Below are positions 59,710-64,000 of a stretch of 64,000 bases of DNA, piece by piece (the first letter of the stretch is position 1; every line of letters begins with the position of its first letter). The position numbers and the translations under genes are program-made. The notes below the pieces were generated by a model. The model was not told the DNA's origin, ran no database searches, and saw only the letters and a program-made list of their open reading frames with translations. The stretch is from assembly GCF_009914755.1 (NCBI RefSeq), contig NC_060945.1, one strand, 5' to 3'. Origin of the DNA: the human T2T-CHM13v2.0 reference genome, Homo sapiens.

Positions 59710-61363
59710 CACCATCTACTTGTTTGCTCAGAAAGCCTCAGAAATAGTTTCCAAGCTGATGTGTATGTAGCTTTAGAAGAGTGTGGATGAAACCTCAGAC
59801 ATCTCTTTTGCAGCAAAACTCAGGGAATTTCTAAGAGGTGGCTGAGAGGTTGTCAACTCACCTCTTCCTCGTAATTTCGTTAGTATCTCTTCAATAAACA
59901 AACTCCTCCACCCCAAACGAACATACAAGCAACAACCATTGAACTGTTACTCAAGCACAGAGAGGTCCCCTGGCCTCACCATCCAAATGATACTTCCAAA
60001 ACTTTGTAAGAAAGAAATGTGGAAGTTGTCTGTTGGTGAGATCAAAGTTGGATTGGGTCGGAAACAGAAGGCTCAATTAAAGCTTGGTCAGGCAGGAAAG
60101 GGTAGTTACAAAGAAATGGAAACTTTGCCGTATCGGTAATGTGAAAAGAAGTTGAGGATAGAGCTCCAAACAAGTACAGCAGTGTTGGAGGCATGGGCAT
60201 GTGCTTGGCACATGGAGACACAAAAGGAAAATGAAAAACCTGGGCAAAGAAGAAACTGGGTAGATCTGGAGGCCGTTGGTGGTGGTTTCCAGAGTTTGGG
60301 TTGTGCAAAAAGAGGCCTAGTGGAAACATTCCTTATTTAGAAGCAGCTACTGCTGTTTCCTGAGATTGTTCGGTCTTTAAAAGTTTTGTTCTGGGAGAGC
60401 CCTCATATCACTGGGAGAGAGGGGTTTGCTTCCCTCTTCCAGTGCTTTCTGATTATGGCTTAGGAGGTACAGTTATGTGCTGGAAGGAGAGTAGGAACTC
60501 CATGAGGGCCACTTGGAATTTGGTTCCCTAACAATGGTGATGGCTGTCAGGTGTGGAGAGGCTCAATGTCTTATCCCCTACATGGCACGTGAACAATCAT
60601 ATGGGGAAGCAAAAGCACTTGATAAAAATAAGAAACAGGGAAGCTTCTATTTTGAAAACTATTAGTGACTATTAGTCAATATAATAACATTACTATTACA
60701 TTGCTTTCAAGGAGACTCAGTTCAGGTTAATATGATTTCAGAAACAAATTATAAAAATATCCATGGAGACTTTCTGAATTTATGATGACCAAACATAAAG
60801 CCACTTGAAAGGAATTATTCCTGTTGTTTTAGAATCTAAGTTGTAGACTCACATCTGAGAGTACTGAAAAATACCATTACACTTCTAAAGAGAGGGACTC
60901 AGTATAGCCATACTATACTTATTGAAAAAAATACCAAAAGTAGTCCAGCAACTATCAATATCCATCATCTATTTTCAGCTTTTTAATAAAAGGGCATTAG
61001 AGTATTTTTCTAAAAAATATATTGAATAGAGTATTTGAGGGGGGGTGTTTTTATGGGGGTAAGGGGAGGGTGGTGCTATCCAGCAAACCAAGTGTGGGAT
61101 GCCCTAAGAGAATCAATTCCTAATTGAGTTGCCTGAAAGAAGCAAGGTCAGCATCTAACTCCCTGGCCAAAAGTTGACTACACTGCATAACCACAAGGAC
61201 CAGGCTTTCATGGGACTAGTGTAAGGGCTTTCAGATTTTTTAAAACTCTGACATTAGTATGAAACAGATTTTAAGTAATAACTCTAGGATACACATCAAT
61301 GTGTGTGTTTGTGTGTGTGTGTGTAACTAAATTAAAATTTGCTTTTACTCTGTTCTATTATTT

Positions 61364-61568
61364 CCCATCCCATCCCATCCCATCCCATCCCATCCCATCC
61401 CATCCCATCCTATCCCATTCTATCCTATCCCATCCTATTCCATCCCATCCCATCCCATCCCATCCCATCCCATCCCATCCCATCCCATCCCATCCCATCC
61501 CATCCCATCCCATCCCATCCCATCCCATCCCATCCCATCCCATCCTATCCCAACCCATTCTATTCCAT
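61364..61568. repeat. (CCCAT)n pentanucleotide repeat, about 40 units
   Basis: Largely pure CCCAT run with a few CCTAT/CCATT variants. Confidence 0.98.
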
Positions 61569-62759
61569 AACAAGGCATAAAATTTGTTGGGTAGTGAAAC
61601 CAAATAAATTCATTTCACTACCCTGGTTTTTGATAAATACCAGGATAAACTGAAGTATACTGAAAATATTAATGAGACAGTGACATTATTTTCCTGAAGT
61701 TTGTGGGCAGATAGCTGTGTAAATAAAGATTGGTATCAATTCCTATGAAATGAAATCAGAAGTTAGGAAGTTGGCAAGGTGGACACTGGAAAGATGATCA
61801 GATGACAACTGCCTGGCAGGGAAGCCTGGCTCTAGCACAAAAAGTGGAGGAATGGAACCTGGGGATTAGGGATTCGGAGCTGAACCAGTTTATAAGAGAT
61901 TATTGTACTATAAGAGGTGTATTGTCTATAGTGCAATATTCCAGGGCTGGTGGAACAATGCTCTGAAGAGCTCACAAGTCTGTTTCACAACAGAGCTGGC
62001 ATTTGGCCAGAAGCTGGTGTTTGCCAAATGAAAACTACAATGGTAAAAATAAATAAATAAATAAAAATAAAAACTTCCTATCTTCCAACATTGGAACGAT
62101 GGGAAGATGGGGAAAAAAGGGAAGTGGAAACTAAAACAAAGACAATATTTCCACCCTCCTCTGCCTTAAGTTATTAAGCCAAGGTCTGTGCCTGAGTTGA
62201 GGGATAAAAGAAGCTTTGAATTAGATGATATAAAAGTGTTGATATTATACTTGACTGTTCATTTTAACACTTACAAGTGAGTGTAAGTTACTCAGATAAA
62301 ATGATTTAACACCGGAAGTAACTGAAAAAGTGTAGAGATCTGCCTGAAATATTCAGAGCCGAAAAAGGAGATTTGAATTAAAATAGAGACAAATGAACCT
62401 TTTGTTTTGCTTATATGGTCATTGAGGTCAGTCATTCTGTAAACTGAATATACAATATGCCAGCTGTAATACCCATAAAGCCATGTTTTCTCATCTTTGT
62501 ATGTCCAGGTCTTGGTGAAATGTCTTTCACAAAGCAGGGAATAAGTAGATATTTTTAAAACATAAAGTAAATTAATGTATGTTAAAAGATTGATATGCCT
62601 CAAAATAAGTATGAAGCTTAGTAATAGAGTCAACGTAATATAAAGCAATTTTTAAAACTATGATTTCAAATAAAGTTTAAAATTTAAGATAATTGGCTGA
62701 CGGTAATTCTAGTGATTTGAAAAAAAGAAACAATTTTATGAATTATGAAGATATAATTT

Positions 62760-62960
62760 ACTTAGTTAAATTTCAATAGTGGTTAAGACACAGGACTTAA
62801 AGTAATATGACCTTGGTTGAAGGTGCAATTTAGCCATTTCTTTTAATATTTCTTTGACCTTGGGCAAAGAAATTAGCCTGAGGCTCAGTTTCTTTGTCAA
62901 TAGGAGTAAATACTACTTTTGTCTTTGGTGTGTCAGGAGAACAAATTTTATAAGATAATG
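62760..62960 (+). mobile_element. MIR SINE
   Basis: agtggttaagacacaggact...tgaccttgggcaaa...ctgaggctcagtttctttgtc..taggagtaaatac. Confidence 0.7.
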
Positions 62961-63005
62961 AAGTGTATTTATCATACCAATACATATACAGAGAATACGC
63001 AGTAG

Positions 63006-63366
<361 letters not shown>

Positions 63367-64000
63367 TTTCACTATTTTTCAAGTTAACATTTTTACTCCA
63401 TGTGCTAGTTGTGCTGTTTCTCCCTACGAATAACAAAATAAATAAGAAAACATACCTAATCCTTTCCTCTCAGTATCTTACAACAATAATTGGAGCTATT
63501 TGTATACTCTACTTTAAGCTTTGAAGAAATCTGTATTTTTTCATCTGAAATCTAAGTTACCTTAACAAGAAAATATTTTTAGAAAGCCATGGCTGGTTGT
63601 TTCTACAAACCTTTATACCATGAGAAAATCTGGTTACATATCTCAAAATATAATGCTATTACGGAGGTTCTTGAAAATGTAATTATCAATTTGTTTCACA
63701 AACATATTTTTAAACCAGATTAGTGAGATGACAAATGGGCAGAGATAATTACAGATTCTAAAGACAGCATTAATACTTTGACTATATATTTTATCTTTCT
63801 GGTATTAATTTTCCTTTAGAAAATTGGAAGTCTTAAATGTAGGTAGAAGTGTTTGTATTCATATATTCTGTCTTAAATATATATTTTAATATACTTTATT
63901 TAAAAAGTTGACAGCATGAATTACATGTCCATGATCAATTATATTGATATACTTACAGAATGTTAGTCACCACCCTTTATTTTTAAATTATCTTATTACT

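Noticed and set aside
59750-60600. Possible old LTR or processed pseudogene
   Set aside because: I could not identify termini, a TSD or a protein match by eye; a Dfam or BLASTX search is needed.
61299-61653. ORFs encoding (SHPIP)n and (GWDGM)n
   Set aside because: These are translations of the CCCAT microsatellite, with no splice or coding context.

Overview
Eukaryotic, AT-rich, repeat-rich hominid DNA: human or a close great ape, syntenic to human 21q21.1. It holds the 3' ends of two convergent genes. CHODL (chondrolectin, + strand) contributes coding exons 2-6 at 331-9857, with a 3'UTR to about 11190. TMPRSS15 (enteropeptidase, - strand) contributes exons 17-25 at 59040-13782, with a 3'UTR to about 12920. 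Exon numbers follow the canonical human transcripts as I recall them. All 14 exons have canonical AG/GT boundaries, consistent phases and open frames, and the protease catalytic triad is intact. The rest is intron and intergenic DNA with 17 Alus, several L1 fragments, THE1 and MER41-family solo LTRs, Tigger3/MER5 DNA transposons, MIR/L2 relics and microsatellites. Most ORFs in the supplied track are Alu, L1 or microsatellite artefacts. I see no new multi-gene system. The best second-look items are five. (1) A U-L1-U-L1-U-L1-U tandem array next to TMPRSS15 exon 17, apparently an L1 insertion with an unusually long (~55 bp) target duplication that was later amplified. (2) An L1MA insertion that seems to have replaced the polypyrimidine tract of the exon 18 acceptor, leaving a dead copy of the old acceptor upstream. 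(3) A second reading frame in the last CHODL exon ending in QDEL. (4) Inverted Alus tightly flanking in-frame TMPRSS15 exon 23. (5) A ~110-bp near-perfect hairpin in intron 18.
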